A stretch of DNA of 64,000 bases. It comes from a bacterium (GTDB lineage Bacteria; Patescibacteriota; Patescibacteriia; Veblenbacterales; UBA10138). The stretch covers positions 8,165 to 72,164 of the forward strand of contig JAGVEX010000019.1 of the NCBI GenBank assembly GCA_020057885.1, given 5' to 3'. Every line of letters begins with the position of its first letter. The first letter of the stretch is position 1. Below the pieces are notes generated by a model. It saw only the letters and a list, made by a program, of their open reading frames with translations. It made no database searches and was not told the DNA's origin. Below are positions 8,214 through 21,800 of the stretch, piece by piece. The translations under genes were made by a program, and so were the position numbers.

Positions 8214-9449
8214 TTAAGGCATTAACGATTGCAGCCACTTTTTTACCTTACCTGTAACATCGTGCATGCCTGACAAATGCGGTAAATGCAAGCCGCCTGG
8301 ACTCGTGCCTTGTTTTAATCCCCAACGAGCCAAACCGAGCGCTGTGCCAAAAGATAAATCATTAATGCGCTCCAAGGGGCTAGTAACTTCCAAAGGATAC
8401 CCTAAACATGCCGGCAAACGGAATCTTCGCTTAGCTACTTCTACTGCACCGGAAAGTTTAGCACCACCACCTGTTAAAACCACTCCGGCTGGCAATTTGC
8501 CAGAACGATCAATTTTGTTAAGTTCGCGATCAACTAAATCAAAAATTTCTTCTAATCTAGCTTCAATAATTTCGGCTAAATGCTTGCGGTTTATTAAAAT
8601 ATTTTCATCGGTAAACTCGCTTAAATTAATTTCATCACGTTTATTAATTTCATCCGCCACAGCGTGGCCATAATCAATTTTTAATTTTTCCGCTAAATCA
8701 ATGGAAGTACGCAAGCCAATAGCAATGTCATTAGTAATATGTCCTGACCCAACCGGCACAACCGCAGCGTGCAACGGGTCACCCTCTTCACACACCAATA
8801 TACTTGTAGTAGCTCCGCCGATATTAATTAGAATTACGCCTAACTCTTTTTGACGTTTGGATAAAACAGCTTCGGCGTTTGCTAAAACAGTTAAAACTAA
8901 ACCATCTATATCAACACCAGTGCGATAAACGCATTTAGTAAGATTTTTAATTTGGGCAGTTTGTCCTTGAATAATTTGTGCTTCAACTTCCAAACGCACA
9001 CCTGTCATACCAACTGGATCTTTTACGCCAGGCTGACTATCCACTGTAAAGCTACGTGGCAATACGTGCAAAATTTCATAATTGGGTGGCGTGGCCACTG
9101 TTTGCGCCGCTTCTACTACACGAGATAAATCATCTTCACCAATTTCACCATTTGGTTTAGAAACAGCAATTACACCATGGCTTGATTGAGCTAAAATATG
9201 ACTACCGTTAATTCCCACCCAAGCGTGCTCGGGGGGCGTGCCTGTCATACGTTCAACTTTTTCTAAACAACCAGAAATAGCTGACACAGCATCTTCAATG
9301 CTTGTAATTACACCTTTGTGAATACCTTCAGAAGGAACTTCCGCTAGGCCAAGCACTTGTAAATGCTCATGTGCTGTACCTTGAGCCACTGCTATGCGGA
9401 TAGCAGTTGAACCTATATCTAATCCTGTGACTAAAGGCAATCGAGACAT
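8214..9449 (-). CDS. ftsA: Cell division protein FtsA
   Basis: GLDIGST, DPVGMTGVRLE, VLTGGGAKL; adjacent to ftsZ. Confidence 0.97.
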   Translation of the reverse strand: MSRLPLVTGLDIGSTAIRIAVAQGTAHEHLQVLGLAEVPSEGIHKGVITSIEDAVSAISGCLEKVERMTGTPPEHAWVGINGSHILAQSSHGVIAVSKPNGEIGEDDLSRVVEAAQTVATPPNYEILHVLPRSFTVDSQPGVKDPVGMTGVRLEVEAQIIQGQTAQIKNLTKCVYRTGVDIDGLVLTVLANAEAVLSKRQKELGVILINIGGATTSILVCEEGDPLHAAVVPVGSGHITNDIAIGLRTSIDLAEKLKIDYGHAVADEINKRDEINLSEFTDENILINRKHLAEIIEARLEEIFDLVDRELNKIDRSGKLPAGVVLTGGGAKLSGAVEVAKRRFRLPACLGYPLEVTSPLERINDLSFGTALGLARWGLKQGTSPGGLHLPHLSGMHDVTGKVKKWLQSLMP

Positions 9450-9531
9450 GATACAAAAAAAGTAAACGTACCTAAATTATAAAACTTATCACCCTAAATG
9501 CCAAGTGACTAAAGCTGAACAATTTAATTGT

Positions 9532-9882
9532 TCAGCTAATATGGGACCAAATAAGCAGCAAACCAATTACTAAAGCCGCTAAACAAAGTAACAAAACAGC
9601 AGCGGCCAATAAATCTTTTAGTAAAGCTATGTGAATAGAAAGCCGCGGTTCTATTAAATCGAGTAATCTTTCCAAAATTGTGTTAAATACTTCGGCGCTT
9701 AAAACAACAGCTATGGTCAAAATTAAAATCAGCCATTCCGCCTTACTAAAACTTAGATACCATCCGACAATAATCGCGCCCCCAGCTATAAATAGCTCCT
9801 GCTTAAAACTTGATTCTCGTTTAAACACATATCCTAAACCTCTCCCCGCATAAATGAACTTCTTTTTAAAACGAAACCACAT
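9532..9882 (-). CDS. dgkA: Diacylglycerol/undecaprenol kinase family protein
   Basis: 3 TM; AEVFNTILERLLD..KDLLAAAVL; follows ybeY as in the conserved operon. Confidence 0.85.
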   Translation of the reverse strand: MWFRFKKKFIYAGRGLGYVFKRESSFKQELFIAGGAIIVGWYLSFSKAEWLILILTIAVVLSAEVFNTILERLLDLIEPRLSIHIALLKDLLAAAVLLLCLAALVIGLLLIWSHIS

Positions 9883-9890
9883 AAAATAAA

Positions 9891-10307
9891 TTAGTTGTTT
9901 AATATTTTATCTTCTAAGGCACGCATTAAGCGATGATCTTTTTTTTTCATATGATCATAGCCAGCTAAATGCAAACAGCCGTGGATAAATAATCGTTCCA
10001 ACTCATCATTAAAACTAATACCCTCATGCTGTGCTTGTTGTTTAGCTTGTGTGGCACAAATAATCAACTCTCCCATTACTGGTTTTGCCTGATAAGTAAA
10101 CGATAATATGTCGGTTATTTTATTATGGCCGCGATAAACCCGATTAAGCGAACGAATTATATTAGGGCGGACAAACACAACGCCGATTTCGTTGAATTTA
10201 GTATGAATTAATTTATTAATTATTCTGAGTAAAACTTTAGCTCGCCGGTAAAAGCGAGCTGGTATTTTACTATTAGTTAAATTTTGAGTAATAATTTGAG
10301 CGGGCAT
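9891..10307 (-). CDS. ybeY: rRNA maturation endoribonuclease YbeY
   Basis: LNRVYRG..TDILSF, HGCLHLAGYDH; start placed at MPAQ downstream of GGAGGA. Confidence 0.93.
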   Translation of the reverse strand: MPAQIITQNLTNSKIPARFYRRAKVLLRIINKLIHTKFNEIGVVFVRPNIIRSLNRVYRGHNKITDILSFTYQAKPVMGELIICATQAKQQAQHEGISFNDELERLFIHGCLHLAGYDHMKKKDHRLMRALEDKILNN

Positions 10308-10330
10308 GCAAAATTTATTCTCCTCCACTG

Positions 10331-10470
10331 TTAATGCCCCGCGCTTGCCGCGGGAATAAAAATTGTGAGAATCCTCCGAAGCTTCAGCGTAGGAGGGTAT
10401 TGAGCTTCGGACGAATGAACATTTTTTGAAATGCCGCCGATACCTCGTCGGCTTGCCACGAGGTAGTTCA
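10331..10470. mobile_element. Miniature non-autonomous IS200/IS605-like (PATE-type) element
   Basis: Two hairpins with GCTTGC loops (cccgc-gcttgc-cgcggg; tacctcgt-cggcttgcc-acgaggta), flanked by TTAAT on the left and GGTAGTTCA on the right; no transposase. Confidence 0.55.
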
Positions 10471-12219
10471 TTTACATATCACTTGTTCCTGTGTGCCGTC
10501 GGCATAAGTTATTAGACTGCCAGATCCAGACTTTACTATACTAGCCGCCAAATAACCTTTTAAATAATCTCCACTAAGTGTTGAATTGCTTTTTTGGCTC
10601 TCGCTAAAATAACCATCTAAATATTTTTTACTAATTTCACAAACATTAGTGGTGGTTTGGCCAGTTAAACTGTCCACTTTAGGACCAGAAATTTTACAAA
10701 TTCCATTGGCACTCGAAAGTATTTCAAACACTAATTGATTATTAGGCTGAGCGCTATCCATGGCGGCATTTATACGAGCAGGTGTACAAGATTCAAAATT
10801 ATTCACAAAGCAACTCCAAGCTTGTTGGGTAATCGTACTAGCACTATAAACATTACTGCCAGGTGTATTAACTGGGCCTGCCAAACCACAATCTGTTATT
10901 CCACCAGTCGTAACAGCCAACGGCAAACCCGCTTCGCTGGTTAAATTAAACGAATGTAGTATAGCTTGAAAAAGAGTGCCGAAAGAAGCTTCGGTTTTAG
11001 TGCCTATATTATAACTAAAAGTAATAATATAACGATCAGTTGCTAGATAAGCATTAAGGCCATTTAATGAAGTAGCCCAAGTAAAGCTACCGGAATTAAT
11101 AATGGGAACTTCTTCTGGTTTTAAACCTAAACCCTGCTGGGCATACCAAGTTGTAGATGTTAATTTTTCCGGATTGTCAACTATTAATACTTCCATAAAT
11201 TCGCTAGCTTCCTCACTGCTAAATACCACCTGAGCTGATTCCTGATCAGTTGCTCTGGCGGTCCAAGCTTTGGGATATAATAAACTATAACCAAAACGAG
11301 AACTGGTATAAGTGAAAAGATAAGCGCTGTTTTTAAGCTTAGCGCTGTTACCAACAGCTGGATCATAATCTGAACCAACTTCCAAGCCATCTGTGTAGCC
11401 ATCATTATCTGTATCGATCTTACTCGGGTCAGCGCCCAACAAAGGCTCAGTGGCATTGGTTAAGCCGTCGTTATCACTATCAACTGAAGGCGAAGGCGGT
11501 GTGGCTTGGCGCGGACCATTTGGCGGAGTAGGTGGAATAATAGAAGCGTCAGTATCTATCCCGGCTGGCGTTAATTTGTGATCACCAGCTGTTAAACTAT
11601 TACTTCCCTCTTCTAATCTAAAAGAAATGGTATAAGTGACGCCGTCAAAACTATCATACAAATAATCCACTCCGCCGGGGGCAATATTTTGTGGGACTTG
11701 TTCTAAATAAATTGTACCTTGCGCTTGTGGCCCCCAACCAGCTGAACTCAAAACTACTGAATTACCACTCCCCAACACTAAGGGTAACGGCACTATAGGA
11801 TATTTACCTTGGTTATCAGTGGCATAACGACCCAAAGCCTCTTGCAATTTAATTATATTTTGATAACGAATATTATCCCGCTCTGAAGCTGGTGGCACTT
11901 GCACAGTAACAGGCGGTGTAGTTGGCTCAGTTGTCGGCGCCACACTCGGTGTGGTGTTAGTAGTATTGATCGACGGTTGACTAGGCTGAATTTTAGAGAA
12001 AAATGTTAAATAAATACCCACTCCACCAATGGCTAACAATAATACCATTAATGATATTATTAACCAGCGACGTTTAGATTTTGGCTCAGAATAAGTAACT
12101 ACCGTCGCTTGACCAGACGGAGTAACAATTGGCATGGTATATATATCACCCCACACCTCTGACTTAGGCGAGGTTGACTGGGCAGCCACAGAATTCTTTT
12201 TTTTAGTTAAACCAAACAC
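10468..12219 (-). CDS. Membrane-anchored surface protein with pseudopilin-G-like, Ca-binding DxDxDG and PsbP-like segments
   Basis: TM at ~aa 53-73; RDNIRYQNI..LQEAL..Y; DSDNDGLT/DTDNDGYTDG; GYSLLYPKAW. Confidence 0.65.
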   Translation of the reverse strand: MFGLTKKKNSVAAQSTSPKSEVWGDIYTMPIVTPSGQATVVTYSEPKSKRRWLIISLMVLLLAIGGVGIYLTFFSKIQPSQPSINTTNTTPSVAPTTEPTTPPVTVQVPPASERDNIRYQNIIKLQEALGRYATDNQGKYPIVPLPLVLGSGNSVVLSSAGWGPQAQGTIYLEQVPQNIAPGGVDYLYDSFDGVTYTISFRLEEGSNSLTAGDHKLTPAGIDTDASIIPPTPPNGPRQATPPSPSVDSDNDGLTNATEPLLGADPSKIDTDNDGYTDGLEVGSDYDPAVGNSAKLKNSAYLFTYTSSRFGYSLLYPKAWTARATDQESAQVVFSSEEASEFMEVLIVDNPEKLTSTTWYAQQGLGLKPEEVPIINSGSFTWATSLNGLNAYLATDRYIITFSYNIGTKTEASFGTLFQAILHSFNLTSEAGLPLAVTTGGITDCGLAGPVNTPGSNVYSASTITQQAWSCFVNNFESCTPARINAAMDSAQPNNQLVFEILSSANGICKISGPKVDSLTGQTTTNVCEISKKYLDGYFSESQKSNSTLSGDYLKGYLAASIVKSGSGSLITYADGTQEQVICK

Positions 12220-12231
12220 AAATAATAAATT

Positions 12232-12855
12232 TTAAGGTTTAGTAGGAATTTCATAATTAGGCAGACGGCCAGGGCCGTTGGGATTAAATCCGTTCTTAAT
12301 TTCCACGCTATCTATATAGCCATCGCCGTCAGAATCAGCTTGGCTTGGATTGGTATGATAAACTTTTACTTCTTCACCATCCATTAAACCGTCGGTGTCT
12401 GTATCCGCCTTTAAAACATTGGTACCCAACTGCTGCTCCTCGGCGTCAGTTAAGCCATCACCATCAGTATCTATCTCAACCACTTGAGTTGGCTGTTCTG
12501 TAGTTGTGTTTAAATTAGTAACTGATGGCTGATTGGTTGAAGGCAGAGAGTTGTTAGAAACAATTGATTTATTTTTTGCTTGCCCTTGCGACCACCACCA
12601 GTAACCTCCTACTGCAATCCCTGCCACTAATATTACTATAAATACCACTGTGAGCCAATGCTTTTTGGGTTTATCAACAAAAACTAAACTATCTATTTTA
12701 GGAACAGAGGTGGGTGATGGTATTGACGGTAAGGAAAATAATCGAGATGGCAAGGCTTGATTGTTCGTTGGTACGACAGGTGCGGGAATTTCCGCATCTG
12801 AAAAAATATCTTCTACCGAACTTGATTTTGACTTATTAATCATATCATTAAACAT
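12232..12855 (-). CDS. Membrane-anchored protein with thrombospondin-3-like Ca-binding repeats
   Basis: One TM; DTDGDGLTD, DTDTDGLMDGEE, DSDGDGYID repeats. Confidence 0.75.
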   Translation of the reverse strand: MFNDMINKSKSSSVEDIFSDAEIPAPVVPTNNQALPSRLFSLPSIPSPTSVPKIDSLVFVDKPKKHWLTVVFIVILVAGIAVGGYWWWSQGQAKNKSIVSNNSLPSTNQPSVTNLNTTTEQPTQVVEIDTDGDGLTDAEEQQLGTNVLKADTDTDGLMDGEEVKVYHTNPSQADSDGDGYIDSVEIKNGFNPNGPGRLPNYEIPTKP

Positions 12856-12869
12856 AAAAATTACTCTGA

Positions 12870-15800
12870 TTACTTGGTTATTGTCAAAGTGCCAGCCTCA
12901 CTTGTCTTAGTCATATAACCAACACCTGGATCAATTTGGGCTACACCAGCAACCCAAGCATTATTATAATAATAAACATCACCGATTGTACCTGGGGAAT
13001 ATGTTATGGCACTAAGAGGTACTGAAGTAGACAATGAACCAAATCCATTCCATCCAAGAGGCAATGGTACAGAAAAATTTGAAATTGCAGAAAAACCAGT
13101 AATAGTTACATCTTCAGCGTAACCAAATTTGATAAAATAGGCCAACCCGACCTGAAGATTAGTCACACCAACATACGCACCATTTAAGTACTGATATGCT
13201 TCGCTAGTCGCGGTTGGAAACAGGACATTGGTAGCCGAGTTTAGCACATTAAATGGCAAAGAAATAAAATTCCAACTTGCTACCATATTATAGGTATGGG
13301 TCAAAACCGGAATAATGTTAAATGTCGCTGTCACGGTAACAGCTGAATTTACAGTACAAGTACCTGTGCCAGTACAACCTCCGCCGCTCCAACCGCCAAA
13401 GGTAGAACCTGCGGCAGGTGTAGCAGTTAAAGTAACAGACGAAGTAAATGATCCTGTACAAGTGGCACCACAATTAATTCCCGCTGGGCTACTAGTAACA
13501 GTGCCCGAGCCGGTTCCAGCCTTAGCCACTGTTACGGCAAATGGCGCAGTGGTGAAAGAGGCGGCCACTGATTTATTGCCATCCATTGTAATTACACAAT
13601 TGCCAGTGCCATTAGTACAAGCCCCGCTCCAGCCCCCAAAAGTAGCGCCCGCATCCGGAGTTGGGACAAGCGCAACTTGTGTGCCAGCAGGATAAGACCA
13701 ACTACACCCAACACCACTCGGAAGACAATTAATATTTGGACCTGTTACAACACCAGAGCCAGTAGTAGTTACGTTCAAAGTATAGTTTGTAGTACTAAAA
13801 GTAACTGTGACAGTTTTAGCCGCATCCATTGTTACCTGACAAGTAGATGGTGGTGGCGTTGGCAATGCTGGTTTACAAACTGCTGGAACATCAGTGCCGC
13901 TCCAACTTACAGTAGAGCCGAGAGAAGGGTTAGCAGTTAAGGTAACGGTTGTAATTGGACTGCCTGGATATACATATGTACAAGCATCACTACTACAGTT
14001 AGCACTAGGAGTGCTTAAATCAACAGTACCACTGCCACCGCCGCCACTAGCAATATTTAAAGTAAGTATATGAGAAGTGAAAGTGGCTGTGACATTTTTA
14101 GCTGTATTCATTGTTACTTGACAAGTGGCTGGTGGTGTTGGCAGTGCTGGCGTACAAGTTGCAGGAACATCACCACTCCACCCCTCAAAACTACCTAAAG
14201 TTGGTACGGCTGTTAATGTTACTACGTCAGTAGCGTTATAAGGCGCACTGCAAGTTGAACCGCAATCAATTTTAGTATCTGAACTGCTAACTGTGCCAGC
14301 ACCAGTACTGAGTCCTTTTGTTACAGTAAGTATGTTGGCGTTAAAAGTAGCTTCGGCAATTATATCGCCGGTAGTAGGTATTGTAACCGTACATTGGTTA
14401 CCAGTAAGAGAAGGACAAGCTGTCCAAGCTCCAATGCAATTATAAGGCCAAGCGCTAACTTGCGTACAAATTCTCCAGCCACCAAAAGTGCCTACCGTAA
14501 CTTGGGGAATTAAAGAAACAATACTCCCTTGTTGATAAAGTCCATCACAATCCGCACCACAGTTAATACCTGGCGGGTTACTGGTTATAAGGCCCGTACC
14601 ATTACCAGCTTTACGAGCAAATAAAAATTGAGAGGGGGCCAATTTAAACACAGCTGTTACTGTTTTATTGATATTAATGGTTAATGTACATTGACCACTG
14701 AGGGTGCAATCGCCTTCCCATTTATCAAAAATATACGCGCCAACTAGACTAGCCGGAACTGGCGGATTTAGATAATCAGCTGATGGCATTAAACTAACAA
14801 TTGAACCAGCCACAAAACGAGCGGAGCAACTACTACTACCATTACCACAATCAATACCTACTGGATTAGAAGTCACGCGATGATAAATAGTATCTATAGT
14901 ACTAGTATTTGATATCCATATTTTCTTATTAACTGTCAATGTATACGCCAAAGCAAAATTAGCTATAACATTTGTATTGGTATCCATAGTTACGGTGCAG
15001 GTAAGCGCCACGCCACAACTAGCCAAACTCCAGCTAGTAAATACTGAACTAGCATCTGCTGATGCAGTTAAAGTAACAGCATTGCTAGCGCTAGAACTTT
15101 TGCCATACGCCCCAGTACAATCAGATCCACAATCAATACCTATGGGGCTGCTTGTTACGCGACCTGTACCATTGCCCCCTTTGATCACATTGAGTGTTAC
15201 TTTTTCGGCAAATTGAGCTGTAATTATTCTATCTTGATCCATGGTCATATCACAAGTAAGGGAAGTACTGCCATAACATGGCGCACCTAGCGCGCTTAAC
15301 CAACTCATAAATATTGAATTACTATCGGGCGTAGCAATTAATTTTACAATAGTTGTTACTGGCGGCGTACCAGTACCACTCTGTTGATATGCCTGAATAC
15401 AGTGACTACCTCCCGAGCCGCACTTTATTGGATCAGATGAAGGAATATCGCTAATCACCGTACCAGTGCCTGTGCTATAACCAATAGGGGTGCTGGTAGA
15501 AACCGACAAAGTGGCACGTGGTTCAAAAGTAGCTGTTACTGTAGTTGCTCCAACCACAATAATCGTACAACTGCTATTACCGCCACATCTAACCGTACCG
15601 TTTACATCCCAACCCACAAAGAAATCTGTTAATGCTACGGCGGCATTTAACACCACGCTTGTTCCTCCTGTATAACTATCAACGCAATCAGACCCGCAAT
15701 TAATTTGTGGTGTAGGCTCGTTACTTTTTACTATGTTAGCGATATTATTCGCCCTAGAACCCTCTTTTGCCACTGTTAAATCGTAACCTCTGATACTAAA

Positions 15801-18800
15801 AGTAGCTGTGACATTTTTAGCCGTGTTCATTGTTACCTGACATGTAGTTGGTGGTGTTGTTGGCAGTGCTGGCGTACAAATTGCAGGAACATCACCAGTC
15901 CAACCAGTAAAAGTAGAATCAGAATTTGGCACTGCCTGCAAAGTTACTAAACTATCACCAATATAATCAAAACTACAAATTAAGCCACAATTAATTCCGG
16001 CTGGCGTACTTGTAACCGTGCCCGAACCGGTGCCAGTGCGCTGTGTTTGAAGACTGTAAGAAATGCGCGTAAAATTAGCAGTCACCGAAACATTACCAGT
16101 AAGCTTAATAGTACAAGTAGCACTAGTACCAGCGGCAGCACAAGCTCCGCCCCAACCTGCAAACACATAACCAGCTAGGGGTGTGGCGTTTAAAATTGCG
16201 CTCTCACCATCAGCGTAATCGGCTGTACATCCGCTAGCTGGCAAACCAGAACCGCAATTTACTTTTCCATCAACGCTCGTTACTGTACCCGATGAATTAA
16301 CAGTTAAAGATAAAGTTTGCTTAGGCACAAAAGTAGCTGTTACCGATAGCGCGGCATCTCTAATCATAATTGTACAAGTGCCCGTACCACTACAGGCTCC
16401 ACTCCAGCCAGCAAATATAGTAGAACCATCCATGGGGTTTACTGCGGTTAGAGCAATGGTGGTGCCGCTAGGAATATTGGCTGTAGAACAGGTTGTGGTA
16501 GTAAGAGTGGTACAAGTAGGCACACTTGCCACATTACTCGTCACACTGCCCTGACCTGATACGGTAATATTCAGGCCATACATATTTTCAGCAAAATTGG
16601 CCGAAGTTGAGAACGTACTCGTACCAGTTATAATATCTACTGTACAAATTGGGCCAACGGTACTGCTACAAACTCCACCCCAACCAATAAATCGGGAACC
16701 GGTTCTGGGCAAGGCTGTTAGGGCAACTTTTGTATTCACTGCATAAGCAGCGCTACAAGCTAAACCGCAACTTATTTTTGGCGTGGGTTCGTTACTAACC
16801 ACTGAGCCATTACCAGAAGAAGTAACGTTTAGTGTAGGTGATTCATAATTAATTAAATTTTTAATACTATCACACTCATCGGTGGTTGGGATTGTTATAG
16901 CGCTTCCTGTACCTTTCCACCACGTTACATTTTTAAATTCTGCATTAAAGGAAAGCTCAGCCCGACTGTTTGCCAAAACACGATATTGATATACATGAGA
17001 ACCTGCCGGACACGGTTCTACAAATTTTTTAGCATCAGCGCTCCAGCATGTTTTGGAATCATAACTCGTTGGACAATCTTTAAATTTATTAATCGGATCA
17101 ACTGGTAAACTGCGTGACATAGCGGCACCCAAGGTCTGTTGCCAAGAATACCAGGTACTAGCGCTGTGCCCTACTTCGTAAGAACCAGCTGACAAAGGAG
17201 GTACGCTATTAGAATGTGTGGCGGCATAACTATCCAAAGCTTTAGGAATAGTCCGCGCAACATCCGTTAGACGCTTTATATCATTTTTTATTTGTGCTTT
17301 GGCATCGGGCAAGGCAGATAAATTGGTATTAAAAACCCAATTCTTAATTAACTCTTGATAAATAGTTTGAGTAGAGGTAACTGCGCCTCGGTTATATCCC
17401 ATAACATACATATCGGTGTACATGGCATCGGGCGGAGTCACTGGATCTTCTGCTAAATTAGGAGCTGATATATAAACTGTAGTACCATCCTGAACAGCTG
17501 AATAACCATCAACTGTAACATCGTTTAATCCCCCTTTAACAATATCCGGACGAGACATATACCATGTACGGGGTAACATAGTATCAATAGATGTTTCATA
17601 AACACGCAAGCCGATGGCATCGGGACTGGCGGGATTTTTAAAGAAATATTCATAATTGCCTACCGGCTCGTTTGGTATGGGATTAGCAACGGAAACAGTT
17701 AAGGCTGGCAATATATCGCTGGCGCCAATTTTTTTTACTGTTAAGTTGTCAAAATAAATTGGAACACTGGTAAGAGTACCTGTAAGAGAAGTGTCCGCAT
17801 TTATACCTAAACATAAAGTTTGGATGGTTTGCGCGCCAGTGTTAAATACTAATTGCATAGCTTGCCAACCCTCTGCCCGAGGCAGTTGAGTAGACTGTGT
17901 CCAGCCGCAACTAGTGCCAGGCGCAATGGCCATAACGCCACTGACTGATTGTGTTATATTGGCACCTACATAAGCATAAACAAGAGCTGAATAACTAGTA
18001 TCTTTTTCTAAATTGATAAAAGTATGCCCTATGGAATAATTAGTTGGGGCTAAACCAATAGTGCGTGTGCTTATACTGCTAACATCCCCTGGCGCAAAAG
18101 TTTGGGGCGCGGAACTTATACTCCAAACAGCAGTATTGCCTACAGTCCATTCGCTTATATTATTAAAACTTTCTGTTTCGTTGGTTCCAATAAGTACGGG
18201 GGTTAAAGTACCAGTAATTGTTTTGGCGCGGCAATAGCGCAGACGGAAATTATGCTGGCTATCTTCAAACTCCCAAGGCACCTCACAAATATAAATATCC
18301 AAGGGGGCGGAGGCCTGCTTAACGCCAGCAATTCCGCCATTAACAGTAACCTTGAGTAAAGCTTGACCGTTGCGTGTACCAGATGTTACAAATGTTGGAT
18401 TAGCAGTGACCGAGGACAAACTAATTAAATTATTAGGATCGTCCTTTTGCCAAGCATAAGAAGCTGTTAGAAGTTGACCGTCTTTTGCTAAAGCATTGGC
18501 TCTAAATTCTTTGCGTTCGTTCGATTTAGTGAAACTCCAACTATTTGGACTAATTGTTACTTTATCAATTAAACATACTTCCGCACTTGTAGAAAAAATA
18601 ACTTCACAGCCTGGCACGCCGCCGCAATCCAAAACCTCTCCTAACACTCCTCTAATACTGGCGTCAACTGTTAAATGATATTGATTATTTGGTAGTAAGG
18701 GCGTTGTTGGTATAAAAGACACTCGACTCTTTTCAATTTTCAATTGACCAACCACAGGAATAAAGGGGTTTGATGTAGTATTATCTAATCTAAAACTAGC

Positions 18801-21800
18801 ATCGGTAACGGTGCTTGAATTAATGTTTGTATTAAAATTAGCTACCACCACCGCGTTAAGGCAAATATTTGTGTCGTTATTTTGAGGAACAAACGAAATA
18901 ACCCTAAGACTAACTGGTATGTTGGGCACAGCGCCAGTATTAACAGTAAATTTTTTAGGGTTGCTCAATAATATACGTTGTTCAATAACATCTTCCCAAC
19001 CACCAATACAATTTTCACCAATTTGGATTTTAGGCAAAGGACAATTTCTACCCACTACTACGTTAGCTACTTTTTGTACTGTTACGTCACCTGTCTTTGT
19101 GTCTATAGGTGGCACCAAAACTAAGTTTGAATCAGTCCAAGTGGTGACTTCAGGCAGAACACGTAGGAACGGCTTAGCTAAACTCGGCCAATTAATACCT
19201 TCTTGTGTTGAAGCGAGAAAATTTCCAAACCTATCACCAAGTAATTGCACGCTGAGTGGTAAGGTGACCACTGTTTCAGGATTAAGCTGGCACAAACCTG
19301 GCGCTAAAGGAATATTTTCATTAGCAGTAAAAGTTTTACTTTCTATTTCGTCATTAGCAGTAATTAAACCGGAGTGGGTTGTTACCCGCACACGCGCTGT
19401 TACAGCTATCCCGGGAGTTTTTATAATAATTTCTGAATCAGCCCATGGTTTAGTGCAAGCCGCTGGTAAAGAACCTGCTGGTATACCTCCAAATGACACT
19501 GAACCTTGCTCGTCACCAAAATTACCGCCCCTTACTGTAATCCAGGTGCCAATTGGACCGGTATTGGGAGTAAGGCTGGTTATAAACGGCCCACCTGTAA
19601 AAGTAACACCATTAGACGCGCGTAAATCTCCACCCAGCGCGCCATAGTCAACTGACACCCTTATATCACCAGTACGAACCTTGAGCGGAGTTAAAATAGT
19701 TATTTGTTTGTTGTTCCACCCAGTAACTTGGGTTGAGTTTGATAATTTATAACGATTAGAAACGGCTGGTAATAATGTCTCTTCAGTAATTGGTGCAACG
19801 GAACAATCTGAAATCGCTGGCACAAAATCAGCTGGATTGCAAGCCATGCTCACAAAACTACCAGTTATAATTGGCTTACGATTATCTGTAAAATTACGGC
19901 CTGAAATAGTTACGCGCGTACCAGTGGCGCCGCTCACAGGTGTAATAGAACAAATGCCTGGCCTAATAACAGTACTAACGGTAAAAACTGGATTCCTAAA
20001 AGCGGGTATAGACAATGGGTTACCCCATGATGTACCAGCACTCGTAATAACTTCAATATTATGAGTTGAATTAACAGGAGCTAATGCTGGAACAGCTACT
20101 ACTATTTCATTGTCCCTCCAATAACCGCAATCAACCAGAGAAGCTGAGTGGCTGCCAAATTTAACAATACCACCGCTTCCAAAGTGTTCACCTTTAATTG
20201 TAACAACTGTAGTCACTTCATTTTGCGCAACACCATCAATATGATCTATGTCGGTAATTCTTGGTCTCTCCGTGGGGCCAGTTGGTGAACCAGAGAGTAC
20301 ATCAAATTTTAACAAAGCTGACGGAACTCCGTTTTTAGTAACAAAAATGCGTTGATCTTTTTCCACTGCTGTAGTAACAGGGGTAATTGCTTTAACTGCA
20401 GTATTGGACCAACTAGGATAATTAGTGGCCTGTGTGGTAATACTGCCTTGATAATTAACAACGTCGCCTGCCCCCTGTGTGGCACCAAAACCATTACCGC
20501 TTAAGGTTACTGTGGCAGATGTGGTGCCGCGTTCTGTTTCATAAGAATAATTTGGCTCCACTTTACATAGACCAGGATGAACCACGGCATTGACTGTATA
20601 ATCTGTCACGGTTGTTTTTTGTACGCCATCTGTGCGTTCAATTGTAATAGGACCAGTTCTGGCATCATTGGCACTAGATACATCTGGCACTTCGCTGATA
20701 ATTTGTGTGTTAGTCCAAGTGTTACCACAAATAGCACTCGGAGGCCACAAACCATCAACTGTGCCGCCGCCAACTTTATCATAAATTACACGACCCTTGT
20801 TGCTACCAAAATAACAACCATTAATTCCTACCCACGTGCCAATAGCACCACTGGTAGGTGAAAAGTCTTGTATGACTGGGGTACAACTGCCAGCTTTACA
20901 AGTTGAAACTCCAGGCCCGCAAGCAGTACAATCGATACTACTAGTACAGGCCACATCATTCATTATTAAATCCGCTGTATCGCTTTTACCAGCCGCGCTG
21001 GCAGTAATTTCAATTGGCGGATTGGTGTCTGGAAAATTTGTTGAGGTAGGCGGCGTAACCGAAGCTGTAACTTTCCAAGGATCACTACCAGGGGTAAGTG
21101 TGGCTATGGTTTTAGAAGACGTCCAAGGATTCCAAGTATAACTTGCCGGATTTAGTAAATTACAATTTATAGCTTGTGTTGAAGCGCTATAAGCCTGAGT
21201 TTCATTTTGTGAACGAATGTATCCAGTAGAAGTACCATTGGAAGCCGTAACTGTAATGCTGGCTATACTACAAATATCACTACCGGTTTGAAATTGCCAA
21301 GTGTAGTTATAATCCATTGGCGTGCCATCAAGCGCGCGCATTGTTCTGCTGATAGTTACTTGATACCAACTATTAGCCTGCAGATTACTTGTGGGCACTA
21401 ATTGAAACCCTGTCGGTTCAGTATTATTAGGCAATAAAATAATACTACTAAAAGTAATTGGTGTTGGATTGGTGCAAGAAGTACTAGCGCTAGTGGCATC
21501 ACACAGCCAAGCTTGGATGTTGCCAGTAGTGCTACCCGCTAAACCAACTACTGTAAAATCAGCTGGGTTCATTGCTGTGCTAAAACGAGCGGCAACTAAA
21601 GCATTGCGACACACTCCGGTAGTGCCCGCGGCTGGGCTGGGGCTTTGAAAATTTGCACTGCACTGTGTATCTTCTATCACATAAGGTGCTGGTGAACATG
21701 GCACAGTAAAAGTTATGCTGTTGCTAGGCGGTAAATTTGGCACTATTACCGCCACACTATGCTGACCATTACCTAAATCAGTTCTCACTGGTACAGGAGT

